From Eledone cirrhosa (lineage: Eukaryota): 64,000 bases of DNA. Below, piece after piece: positions 27,280 to 40,126 of this stretch (position 1 is the stretch's first letter; each line of letters opens with the position of its first letter). The notes below the pieces were generated by a model. The model ran no database searches. It was not told the DNA's origin and saw nothing but the letters and a program-made list of their open reading frames with translations. The stretch is taken from positions 333,188,001 to 333,252,000 of the forward strand of contig OZ024741.1 of NCBI GenBank assembly GCA_964016885.1, read 5' to 3'. A program made the translations under genes and the position numbers.

Positions 27280-30200
27280 ACGCATGAAACATCGCCGGTA
27301 AGATTTTTTGTAAATTTATATACAAAAAACAGAACAAATTGTTTGAAAAAACATATTATTTTGTAGATTAACCCCTAAGCTGAATTGTCAAATTTTACAA
27401 ACTATAAAACTTGAACAATACAAGAACGCTGGAGAACGTCAATAGAGAAAAGAGAAAGAAAGAGGCAGATATTAACGTTATATCTGCTTCTGCTACTATG
27501 GGCGTCGTCATAGATACGACTGTCAGCAAAGAGGAAAAAATGTTACCACTCGAAAATTGTACAATTTCTACCGTCGAAGCGGAGAAAAATAACACTAACA
27601 CACATGAAAACACAGAAATTAAACCTATTAACATACATACACATGAAAAAGACATCAACAGCTCCACAGATACATTTACACATAATGTTTCACCTCACAA
27701 GGAACTGAGATTTTCAACACTGAGGCTAACAACGATAACAACAACAACAACAACAACAACAACAGCAACACCACACAAAAAAAGAAAATGTCTTTCGCTG
27801 AAACAGTGAACAAAAAACAAGATTTTATAAATCTTGATATCTCCAATGCAAGAGATATGCTCCAGCAAGGGAGAAAATTTGTAACTTTCGAAGAAAAAGG
27901 TGGGTTTAAAATTAACTCACCCCTTGAAATAAAGGAAGACACAATTCGCAGATCAGTCACCTTTAGGACTGTGTCAAATCCCACAAGAAAGCCAAGCAGA
28001 TATAGAAGCTACTTTCAAGGAAATTTTAGCAAATATCGATTTTCTCCAGCGAGGAAAACAGTACTGTTTAAAAGGAAGGCACTCACCCAAAAACATTCTG
28101 TGACACCAATGGTCTCAAAAGCATTCACCTTTTTCCCTACATACATGGGGAAAAGGACACAAAAAATAAAAATAAAAAATATACCCCCAAACATTAACAT
28201 CTGGTGGATCTTGGCTGGCTTCGTAGAGCCAGAAACTGATATGATTCTTTCGATACAAAAATCTATTCGACAAAGGGGGGCGGGTACTGATTTGGAGATT
28301 CTGTTGCAAATGAAGCCGGAGAGAATCTTCAAAATACCCGAAAGAGTCGTCATCGATGATGACAAAAAAATAAACATTTCGGTAGAAGGACGAACATTTC
28401 ATTGCTTTCACTGTGGTAGCACTGCACACCTAAAAGCCTCTTGTCCACAAACACACAACAACAACATCATTAAAAAAACACTATTGCCAACATCAACACC
28501 AAAACAACCACCACCACCACCACAAGTACAATGACAGACGAAACGAGCAACCACACCAAAACAAACACACTCAACCAACCACAACAGAAAAAAACAGAGA
28601 CAACACCCCTGAAGAACACAGCCCCACCCCATCCCACTCCATCAAACACTACTACAAATACACACACCGAAACACCACCACCACACAACATACCCCTACC
28701 CCACACACCTGACGATGATTATTTATCGACGAATGAAGCTGCTTCTCCTTCTTTAAGAAGAGGGAGAGCCGCGGAAATCTAAAAAACAAAAAAAGAGACA
28801 CCAAAAAACCCCCAAAACTCCAATCACCAACACCAAAACACAACCACAGACACAAACAACAACACAAACAACACCACAGTCAAACATCCCCCTATCAGCA
28901 AAACCAACACCAACACCACCCCAAACACAAGCACCCACCATAAAAAGAAAACTCCCGGTCGAACAACAAACTAAAACAACACAACAAAAACACAAACAAC
29001 AATAAGCATACATCAACACAAACAACAAGAATTTGATGGAGGTCATCTCCCAAAACCCCAAGGTGGAGACGGAGGGCAAAACTTTCGTCAAGGCAGAATC
29101 GTCTCCACACCTTAAACTTATAAGGGTGTCTATGGAAACCTATAATGACCTAAAAAATAAATTTTCACAGGACGTGGGCAACCCCTGCCAGAAACCCATC
29201 AACCGCGTCCTGTTAAAATGTTTCCCCACCCCACCCAACACCCCATCCAGCACCCAAATGGAGATTGAACAACCCGATCTCCAGGAAACGAAAAGTAAAT
29301 GCACCTTTCGTCCTTTTTCTCCAACTCTTCTTCACCAACATGGCTGGTTTATGAGTTGGAACCGTGAATGTGCGTGGCCTAGGGATGCCCTGGAAACAGG
29401 GCCAACTTTTAAACGACCTTAGGTCACACGGTATGGATATGATAGCCATCACCGAGTCCAGGATCCACAACAGGCAGCAACTAACCTCATCTTCGACGAA
29501 TCTGAGATCTACGCATCTCTCTGTCAGCCAGGAGGTGGGGGTGGAGTGGCTGTCATGTTTCGGAAGAACCTGGATGTCGAAGTACAGCAAGTACACTTGG
29601 ACCCAGAGGGTAGACTGGTAGCCCTAGATGTGAACAGACTGGCGGCCGTTTATGCCCCGACCGGGCAATCGCAATCACGGCCAGACATCTTTAAGTGTCT
29701 AGAGTCTTTTCTGGGAACGTCTCGCTCCTTACTTTTAGTGGGGGACTGGAATGGTATCCTACATGCACGATGGCACTATGTGGGAGCATGTCCCAGTAGA
29801 GTGGGGTGCAACAGCCTCAAAACTTTAATCGGCCAATTCCAACTGGCCAATAGGTATCGACTGGATTTCCTGACTGCACCACAGTTGACATGGGCAAGCC
29901 ACAGCGGGACATCTAGATCGTATTTAGATAGGTTCTTCATTAGAGAAAGGGACAAGGTGATGTTAAGCTGTCCACGAATGTACATGGTTGCCTATTCAGA
30001 TCACAAATTAGTCGTCTGCTTAGTCAACCATGATAGAACACATAGACAGGGAGCTGGATACTGGAAGCTGAACGTGTCGTTGCCAGCACGTAAATCTTAC
30101 AGTGAACGGATAAGTAGACTAGTCAAGCAACAGTTAACGGGAGCCATCGTCAACAATAGATGGTGGTACTCTCTCAAGAAAACAATTAGAATAGAATCGA

Positions 30201-32709
30201 TAGGGTATAGCAGAGAGTTAGCCTTAGAGGAAAAACAGAATAGAAAGAGAACTAGTAGCCAAGGTAGAGGGGGCACTTAGAAGTGGCAACGCGGCTAGAG
30301 TATTAGTGTCGAGAACGGCACTGGACCAGTTCTTTGATGCGAAACACGAAGGCTGCGTGGTCAGAAGCAAAACACGTGCTCTAGGAAACGAAGGAGCAAA
30401 AGCTGTCAGCTGGGCCCAAGGGGGGGTGGCAACAAGTCTACGATTCGGTCTTTGAAAGACCAAAACGAACGCATGCTACTTGACCCCAAGCAAATTTGTG
30501 CGGCCTTTCAGCAGCACTTTGCGCGACTGTTTGAACAGAACGACGGTGAGCCAAACGGTGCAATGGACTTTAGTTCATACCTCGACGGCCTGCCGCGTCT
30601 CTCGAACACGGACGCCGAGTTCTGCGAAAGCCCGATCACGGACACTGAGATACGGGACGCTCTGGGCCACTGCGGGAAATGCAAGTCACCCGATCTAGAT
30701 GGTCTACCCTATGAGTTTTACATAGGCATGCCGGACTTGTTCTCTGGCATCCTCGAAGCTGTCTACTGCAATTGGCAGCAGAATGGGAGAATTCCCAGTT
30801 CTGCAGGCAAGGGCGTAGTAACGCTGATCAGGAAAGACGAGAACAAGGGGGACGAAATTAACAACTTCAAGCTCATAACTCTGCTCAACACAGAGTTAAA
30901 GATTTTGGCCAAGGTGCTAGCGACGAGGTTGGCGTTTGTTGTCGAGAACCTGGTAGGGAAAGCGCAAACGTGTGCAATCCCGACCAGGTCCATACACGAC
31001 AACCTCCACCTCATGCGATACATCATAGAGAGGGTGGGTAGTAAACTGGGCTTCGGTGGGGCTCTGATCAATTTGGATCAGTCTAAGGCATTCGATAGGG
31101 TCGACCATCGATACTTGGAAGCGGTTCTCAAGGCGGCCGGTTTCGGTCCCGTGTTCAGAGGCTGGATTGAGGCGATGCACACCAGCATCTCCTCGAGGTT
31201 CAAGGTGAATGGCTACCTATCGGAGCCATTCACAATCCCGCGTTTCATTCGACAGGGGTGCCCTCTCTCCTCCATTCTGTATGTATTGACTCTAGAGCCA
31301 CTACTGCGGAAATTGGAGCTGTTGCAGGGCATCCCTCTAGAACCGGGACTGCGCAAAGCGGCGTCGGCTTATGCCGACGACATGACGGTAATGGTGTCGA
31401 GCACCTTGGAAATCAGGGTGATCTGCAACTTACTGAAAGAATACGAAACACTGACGGGAGCAAAACTAAACCCGGACTGTCGGTTTGCAACTCGGTACGT
31501 GGAGAGGCAAACCGATGATGTCCGACAGCGTCGTTGGACACTGGACGGATGGACCGGTGAAATTGCTCAGCGTCTGCTGTCAGCACCCTTCCAACGGAGG
31601 GCTGGGAATGCCGTGGCTGATGATGCGCAAACATGCGCTAAGGCTGCGGCATCTCCAGGTATTCCTTACCGACCCCCAACCGGTGTGGGCACCTTTTGTG
31701 AGACAGGCTTTCCCACAGCTTGTCTCGCTGACGGAGCTGGAGTCTCGGGTCAAAGAAAGACCGAAAACGATGGGTGCCTGGCACATTGAATGCGCTCAGG
31801 CGCTCACAGTCCTCTGGCAAGCAGACGCAGCAATCAGTGGAGACTCCACTTCGACATTCTATAGAGGGACTGTACGTTACAAGGGCGACGACATGCTTGG
31901 AGAGACTCTGAGTGTCGAAGACGATGAGCTCACCAGTCTGTTTGGTAGGACAACTTCCAGAGGTCCCTGGCCTGGCAGTGCTACCGAGAAGCTCTACCGG
32001 TTTGTGACAAGATTTACAGACGCGGACGCCCTGGCAGGGATCCTTCCAAGAGGACCTGTCCAAGATGCGCGCAGGACATTGAAACAGTCCTGCATGCAAT
32101 TGTACACTGCCCGGGCGTAACTGACCTGTGGAACTATGCAGAACAACTGCTGACGCATATGGAACAAATCCAGTTGACTGCCGAGTCCATAGTAAGGATC
32201 AAACCGCCAGCCTCTTTCAAAAACAAAAGAGAGGCGGTTTTCCTCTGTACGGTGGCTATTGTGAAAGAGTTTATATGGTGGACGAGATTGAGAGGACTGA
32301 GGACAGATGCCTTTCTCTCCGGACAACAATTGATTACCCTTCTTTAAGTATCAGTTTAGAAGGAGACTCAGAGTGGAGAGAGAGGCACTGCACCCCAGTA
32401 AATTTACTGAAAGGTGGGTGAATGAAGCGAAAATGGTCCGAGTGATTGGGCCTTCTCTGTTTATAAGCCTGTAGTTTGAAGAGGAGAGCAAAAGGAAGAA
32501 AGGAGCACTTGCACAACACGCTCCTGGAGTTGAGGGTTGTTCTATCGACGGGATATTAAACAATCAATTTGTGGCGCCTCCCACCTATTGGGGATTTCGA
32601 TTGTTGTAATTGTTTGTTTTTATATTTTTGACACGACTGTATGTAAAATCTCCGGCATATCTTTGTATTGTCCCCTTTTCTTGTGCACCCTTGTGGCAAA
32701 TAAAGAAAT
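27280..32709 (+). mobile_element. Near full-length decayed Tx1/L1-type LINE (ORF1 with CCHC knuckle, ORF2 APE-RT)
   Basis: ORF1 remnant with CFHCGSTAHLKASC (27788-28534). ORF2 fragments NVRGL, YAP, GDWN, YLDR, SDHK, LDQSKAFDRVDH, RQGCPLS, AYADD. 3' end gtggcaaataaagaaa. Several frameshifts. Confidence 0.9.
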
Positions 32710-32720
32710 ATATCTATCTA

Positions 32721-33451
32721 TCTATCCAAACATGTCTATTTATAGAGTGATAGAATAACAAAACTTATTACATGCCATAATAAAGATTATTATTAAACTC
32801 TAAGGTGGTGGATTGGCAGTATCCGTAGAGGGTCGGACGCCATGCTTTCCAGCATAGTTACACCCCTTAACAATCTGAGTTCAAATCCCGCCGAGGTTGA
32901 CTTTGCCTTTCATCCTTACAGTCGATAAAATAAAGTACCAGTAATGCACTGGGTAATTGCTAGCCTTGTGCCAAAAGTAGAAACAATTATTAAACTCTAC
33001 CTCGATATTAAGAACTCATTCTTGCATCCATCAACCTAACATGGAGATGAATTTTACCCAGGATGATTTTACTCTATATGATTGTTGATTGTAATAACAC
33101 ATTGAACTTTACATCTTGTCATTTCGTAATAAAGTAGATCTCTCTGTTTGTTAAACATATCTCTCTCTCTCTCTCTCTCTCTCCCTCTCTCTCTCTCTCT
33201 CTAGAGAGAGAGATGTTTAACAAACAGAGAGATCTACTTTATTACGAAATGACAAGATGTAAAGTTCAATGTGTTATTACAATCAACAATCATATAGAGT
33301 AAAATCATCCTGGGTAAAATTCATCTCCATGTGAGGTTGATGGATGCAAGAATGAGTTCTTAATATCGAGGTAGAGTTTAATAATAATCTTTATTATGGC
33401 ATGTAATAAGTCTTGTTATTCTATCACTCTATAAATAGATATGTTTGGATA
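32721..33451. repeat. Long foldback palindrome (~240-bp arms) centred on (CT)n, left arm interrupted by a SINE
   Basis: 32721-32802 plus 33000-33158 is the reverse complement of ~33213-33451. Confidence 0.9.
32803..32985 (+). mobile_element. tRNA-derived SINE type 1 with 14-bp TSD
   Basis: TSD attattaaactcta at 32789-32802 and 32986-32999; the opposite palindrome arm shows the empty site. Confidence 0.9.
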
Positions 33452-33794
33452 AACTTAGGAAAATCAACAAAGAGAGGCCAAGATAATGAATGAAAATGAG
33501 GCAAAACGAAAAACAATTTTTAAGGGAAAACCTTAAAAAATTATTTTTTCAAAATTAAAATACAAACAAAAGACACAGAACTCCAAGGTCATCGGCTGCT
33601 GAAATGGACTTTCGTAGTTTTGACCTCTACCAATGGTACTGCTGGTTCACCCGGGCTCACAGCGTTTGACATAAATCAAAACGCTGTCCTATGGAGTAAG
33701 AGATGAGACAAAACAGCAACTTTAGCAATTAAGCTATACATATATATATAATAAATGTAATCAGAGTTTTTCGAATATTAATAATAACACTTGA

Positions 33795-33963
33795 TTCATT
33801 TGCAATTATGCAAACAAGCCTCAATTTTATTGCCATGTCAGTAGAATGAACACTTCATTCTTGTTCTTGTGTTGGCATGTGAACAGAACAAAAGCAAGAA
33901 TAAAGTGTTCATTCTACTGACATGGCTATAACATTGAGGGTTGTTTGCATAATTACAAACGAA
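33795..33963. repeat. Inverted repeat / MITE-like hairpin (~70-bp arms)
   Basis: aattatgcaaacaa..ctcaat...gccatgtcagtagaatgaacact versus agtgttcattctactgacatggc...attgag..ttgtttgcataatt. Confidence 0.8.
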
Positions 33964-33964
33964 G

Positions 33965-34148
33965 CAGTGGATTGGCAGTATCGGTAGAGAGTCGGACGCC
34001 ATGATTTGATGCATAGAGTTACGGCCCTTGCCATTCTGAGTTCAAATCCCGCCGGGGTTAACTTTGCCTTTCATCCTTTCGGGGTCAATAAAATAAAGTA
34101 CCAGTAATGCACTGGTTAATTGCTGGCCTTGTGCCAAAAGTAGAAACA
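33965..34148 (+). mobile_element. tRNA-derived SINE type 1
   Basis: Near-identical to 12793-12978. Confidence 0.85.
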
Positions 34149-34687
34149 ATAATTAATATTAAAAAAACTCAGATTACATTTATTGTATTCAGTCATGTAG
34201 AGCGAAATTTCTTTTATATATATATATATATATATATTATGAAATACTGTAGGCTTCACGCTCACAATAATTTCTATACTTTAATTTATATATATATGTA
34301 TGAATATATTATAAAGTAGAGAGACGGTTTTAAACATACATCCTCTAGGATTATACAATAAATAGAGGATATACATTTAAAACCATCTTTCTTCTTGATA
34401 ATATTGACACTGTTTGATACCTTATTGATAATACTCAAAGGAACACCAGTCGTAGAGTGCTTTATGTCTCTTTACAACTAAAGTTGGTAGATTATTAAAT
34501 TCAATATTATAAAAAAAACATACCACAGAGAAATGTGTAGTATTGAATTTAATAATATATAAAACTAACCCCTGGGACTACATGCTCTACACCTTGGATA
34601 TCATTACAAAACTATTACTACACTATATGTATATATGTATATATATATATATATATATATAAATAAAATATTATTACTACACTATAT

Positions 34688-35327
34688 CATCATCATCATC
34701 ATCATCACCGTTTTACGTCCGTTCTTCCACGCTAGCATGGGTTAGACGGGTTGTCCTGTTGTGTGCAGTGTCTGGTCGGCTGACCATGCCTTGCTCATAC
34801 AGGAACTGATCTGGCTTGATTTCTACAGCTGGATGCCCTTCCTAACACCAACCTCATTTACAGTGAGTGCTGGGTGCTTTTTCGTGGCGCCTACATGTCC
34901 ACTTTACAGTGTGGGCTGGGTGCTTTTTTGCCGTGGCACCTCCACGACCACCTTGCGGTGGGGGGTGTGGGGGCATATTGTTTATATGCTTCAGCATGTA
35001 CCCATGGGAGGTCGGGTACTCTGTATTACTGCGTGACGCCAGAAGTCACGGTCGTGTGTCATTGTCTTTGAGAGGTGTAATTGGGTAAGGTCGGCTTTTA
35101 TCACCTCATCCCAGGTCATCTTGGGTCTCCCCACTCCGCGGTTTCCATCAACTTCTAGTGCTCTGCACCTTTTTATGCAGCTGTCATCCTTCATACGCAT
35201 CACATGTCCATACCAGCGCAACCGCCTCTCCTGCACACAGCATTTGATTCCTCTTATGCTCAGTCTCTCTCTCAATTCCTTTATGCTTTGTCGTTCATGT
35301 ATATTACTGTTGCACATCCATCGGATG
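34688..35327 (-). mobile_element. 5'-truncated RTE LINE family 1
   Basis: ORF 34991-35317 matches the C-terminus of 764-3883; (CAT)n tail at 34688. Confidence 0.92.
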
Positions 35328-35352
35328 TATATATATATATATATATATATAA

Positions 35353-35429
<77 letters not shown>

Positions 35430-35450
35430 ATATTATTACTACACTATATG

Positions 35451-35487
<37 letters not shown>

Positions 35488-35489
<2 letters not shown>

Positions 35490-36095
35490 GTCAGGTCACC
35501 AGTTGGTGCTACTGGTAACATGTATCCCAGTACAACCTGTCTCATGGTCGGGTCGTTGGCGACTAAACTGGCAACCCCACCAAGGTTTCTTGGTGAGGAG
35601 GGTGACTTTGGACATCCTGCAGGACTAAAAACAAAACCTGTCAAAGGGCAAAGGAGCTCTTAAGAGTCAATGGCCATCCAAAATCACCGGGAGAGATGAC
35701 CCCTTAGCCTTTGCCAAGGCAGAATTCTAGGAGAAGGAAAACTCTGATATAACACCTGCAACCCTGATGGTATCCAATGATGTTGACTTGTTCTTCTTTT
35801 TGGTAAATATCATCTTGGTTAAGAGAGTGGGACTGGCTTTGTGCAGTGCCTTTGCTCACTATAAAAGCTTCACGGCACAGGCATTGCTTTATATCTGGAG
35901 ATCTCTGCACTTGTCGTCACAGGGTACCATGGGCCCAGCACTATGTGTCAATAATTGTCACAAGTGTAGTGTTTGTACCAGAGTTTTCAAGTCGCTGGCT
36001 GGAATAAAAAGTCACATTCGTTCAGCGCATCGGTAGGGGTTCTCCTACATGTATATAAAGTAGTGGCCGTACTCGAAAACGAGTTGGCAGCCACC
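35488..36095 (+). mobile_element. Bipartite non-autonomous RTE derivative (5' UTR fused to 3' end)
   Basis: RTE 5' UTR-like motif ctaggagaaggaaaactctga (35727-35747); C-terminal C2H2 CSVCTRVFKSLAGIKSHIRSAH*; terminal hairpin actcg-aaaa-cgagt; (TA)n flanks. Confidence 0.65.
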
Positions 36096-36318
36096 ATATA
36101 TATATATATATAAATAAAATATTATTACTACACTATATGTATGTATATATATATATATATATAAATAAAATATTATTACTACACTATATGTATGTATATA
36201 TATATATATAAATGAAATATTATTACTACACTATATGTATGTATATATATATATATATATAAATAAAATAAAAATGGTGTAAACATTACAATACAATAGG
36301 AGGGGAACATGATAATAG

Positions 36319-36362
36319 TACCACCGATGATGTTGCAGGTGTGCAACGAAAGAACTTTGTTA
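36319..36362 (+). ncRNA. Type I hammerhead motif (family A)
   Basis: tacca-CCGATGA-t-gttgca(ggtg)tgcaac-GAAA-gaac-TT-tgtta; stem II covaries with family B. Confidence 0.6.
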
Positions 36363-36566
36363 GACTATATATATATATAATTATATCCGTATTTTTAACT
36401 GTTGGTCAGTCAATGATAAACATTGATTGCCAAATAAATTAACTATGGAGATATAAAAGATACAGAAGCAAAAACCAACCAAACAGTGTGTGTGTTCTAT
36501 TATTATTTCTGGCAATATTATTACAACAATATGACCCTCCCCAAATATAACAATATATTAACCTAT

Positions 36567-37781
36567 CTAAGACTAAAGTTCTAGTTTTAGGAAGGAAAGT
36601 AGGGCACTGGTCCCATCTGGGAAATGGCCATGCTCAGTGTGTAGGAAAGGAGTAGGCAGAAACTCCATTTTATGTCCCAAATACAAAGTATGGGTGCATA
36701 AAAGATGTAGTGGGATCACAGGTAAGCTAACTAAGAATATAGATTTTATATGTGGCCGGTGCTCAGGTGCAATAAGTAGCAGCAAGTGCCCACAGAATAC
36801 TAGCTCATTCCATTGCACAGATGGTTCTATAGAAATAGTGGACACCTTCCGTTACCTGAGTGATAAAATCAGCAGTGGTGGAGGGTGCTCTGAAAGTACA
36901 GCAGCTAGAATCAGAACAGGATGGAAAAAGTTCAGAGAGCTTATACCACTATTGGCCGCTAAAGGGTTCTCTCTAAAAATGAAAGGCAGGCTGTATGATG
37001 CCTGCATACGAACAGCAATGTTACATGGCAGTGAGACTTGGGCATTGTGTGCAGAGGATATACGCAGACTGGAGAGGAACGAAGCTTGCATGCTCCGTTG
37101 GATGTGTAATAGTAATATATGTGAACGGCAAAGCATAAATGAACTAAGGGAGAAATTAGGAATAAGAGGGATCAAATGTTGTTTACTCAAGAGAAGACTA
37201 CGTTGGTATGGTCACGTGATGCGCATGAAAGACGACAGCTGTATAAAAAAGTGCAGGGCGATGAAAATAGACGGTAGCCACGGAGTAGGCAGACCCAGAA
37301 AAACCTGGGACGACTTGATAAATTCCGACCTCACACACTTACACCTCTCCAAGACAATGTCGCTGGACCGAGATCTTTGGCGCTACACAGTAATACAGAA
37401 GACCCGCCTTGCCTAAGTACAAAGCATAACCTACAGTCAGGTGGCACCTCTTAACCAAAATACACACCCCATCCACACCACCCCTTTCGATGTAAAGCTA
37501 TGTTGGTACCACAACATCCAGTCCTAAATAAATGAGGTCGTGTAGGTGTCACAACGAAAAATCACACAGTCCACGCTGTAATGTGGCCGTGTAGGTAACA
37601 CAGTAAAAACCTCCCAGTCCACACTGTAAACGTGGTTGGTGTTAGGAAGGGCATGCAGCCATAGAAAACCCGCCAGGCAGTCCTATGCAAGCAAGACAAC
37701 CAATCTTGCCTCAAGTGGGAAAATTCCCGTCCAAACTCATACAAGCGTGGAAGATGGACGTTAAACGATGATGATGATGAT
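36567..37781 (+). mobile_element. 5'-truncated RTE LINE family 2
   Basis: ORF 36637-37416 is nearly identical to the C-terminus of 55697-58867; (GAT)n tail. Confidence 0.92.
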
Positions 37782-37802
37782 GTATATATATATATATAGA
37801 TA

Positions 37803-37835
<33 letters not shown>

Positions 37836-38734
37836 GGCCTGGGCTAATACTGGCTGAAAGTTATCAAAGTATATATATATATATATTTAGAGAGAGAGAG
37901 AAAGGAGACAGATAAAATTGATTCAGTGATTCAGACTCTCAAAGAAGAAAGTAGCAGACAGAGTCAGACAAAGAGAGAAAGAGAAACCTTCTATTTTTAG
38001 ATATCTCCTGTATCAATATATCGAAACATGCACAAATACAATTTAGCTAAATGACCATATAATGTGGTGTCTTGAATCAGAAAAACCGAAACAACAAGAA
38101 CATCTATCTCCCTTGCTATCCTCTGGGATAATGTCTTTACAATTCTGTCTGTGGGGACCAGAGATTCTTCATGTCAAAGTGGCAGAAATGAGTGAATGAA
38201 AAAACATGACAATATTTCATTGGCTGGTTAGTGCTGTTGCCATTGGCTACTACATACACACATAAATACATACATATACACACACATTCCTCCATACATC
38301 CACACTCATACATATGAATACATAGATAGATACACAGATGCATACACATATACATACACACAGACAAAGAAACATAATACACACATACATAATACATACA
38401 TAAATACATACATATGTTCAGTGTACATCACAACTCAATGAAGAATCTCAAACACCAAAATCTGAAAAACAAAGACAGAAGTTGGAAAATCTTGGCTAGG
38501 TTCTGGCCAGACGGATTGACTTATATTTGAGTGTATATGGTGTCTATATATATAGAGAGAATTACTGCCCAATACCTAAACTCTACTTTCTTAAGTATCG
38601 AGTCCTAAGCTAGTAACTCCCATTTAATATGTTTGAAACATCAGTGACCCACAGATGACAGCCGATGAGCGGGAATTATCCTTGTGTTTACGTTTGTTTC
38701 TCTTACGTTTTCAAAATAATATGTATATATATAT

Positions 38735-39071
38735 TTCGTTTCTGAATTTGTTTAGCAAGATTCTTTATCTGAAAATGTGTGTAGAAACCGATATTGTTAT
38801 ACTTTGGGAAGGTCATGTTGCCAATAAGAAACACACGCACCAGTTGCTTTCACTCCAATTTATTATAAATTAATTATAAATTTGATGAGGTCACAGAATG
38901 TGTGACGAAAGAACTTTGACAATATATGAACAACCGTCCGGTTGTGGAACCAACCAACCAACCGGAAATTTATAAATTTTTTAAATTTATAATTTAATTT
39001 ATAATAAATTGGAGTGAAAGAAACTGGTGCATGTGTTTCTTATTGGCAACATGACCCTCCCAAAGTATAAC

Positions 39072-39075
<4 letters not shown>
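38735..39075. mobile_element. Hammerhead repeat family B: plus-strand copy starting at the ribozyme core, preceded by an inverted 3' segment
   Basis: 38735-38868 is the reverse complement of ~63045-63185; 38882-39070 matches 62945-63117, beginning TTGATGA-g-gtcaca(gaatg)tgtgac-GAAA-gaac-TT-tgac. Confidence 0.75.
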
Positions 39076-39102
<27 letters not shown>

Positions 39103-40080
39103 GGGTGAAGAAATGCCAGGAAATCCCAGTGTTAGGAAGCCACAGTAGAGGTAGACCAAGATCTGGGCAGAGGTTGTGAGAGCTGAACTCAAATCACTGA
39201 GACTTGCAGGGGGGATAATTCAAAAATGCAATAAGTGGAGAGATGCTGTGCTGAGAAGGGCCTGTCCAACCCATGCAAGTGTGGAAAAACGGACGTAAAA
39301 AGGATACAGTACCCACACATAGACATTCTCTTACTTAGTATTGTATGTGTACACTCTGAGTAATGGGTTTGTAATTCTAACGAGCGAACCTTATTATATC
39401 ATTGAGTAAAAGACGGACGGATCTGTACCAACTCTTTTTGACTAGATTTGTAAATCAAAATTCATATATATATATAATCTGGAATTAGCTGTCGAAACAG
39501 CAAGAGCTCAGCTGTTGGGCCCCAATTCTTTCTAATATATAGATATATATATATATTTTTCATACTCATCAGCATGATCATTTATAATCTGTTCCCCTGG
39601 CTAGCAAGGTCTGTGCACACACATATATATATATATGCAAGCAAAAGTTTTATATATATGTATATATATATACTAGGAAGGGTTGTATATATATCTGTGA
39701 GTGTGTGTAGATGTATTTATCCCTATCAGTGTTTACATTTGTGTTTGAGGTGTGTGTGTATGTCCCATAACTTAGTGGTTCATCAAAAAAGAGATCGATG
39801 AAGTAAATACCAGGGTTGATATGATCAGTTATAACAGGGTGGTGCCACAGCATGGCCACATCCTTAAAAGGAAAATGAAAAATATATGCTGAGAAAGAAA
39901 GGAAGAATGAATGAAAGATGGTGAATAATGTCAATATTATATTAATGACAAGAGAGGGGGAGGGGGAGGGAAGGAGAGAATATAAAGGGGGGAAACTAGG
40001 AGACGAAGGGAGAGAATGTGACAGAAAGAGTAGAGAGGGAGAGAGAGAGAATAAATTGTTAACTCATTCATTTGTCCTGT

Positions 40081-40126
<46 letters not shown>

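Noticed and set aside
38650-38690. gacag-CCGATGA-gcggga motif
   Set aside because: No GAAA or closing stems nearby.
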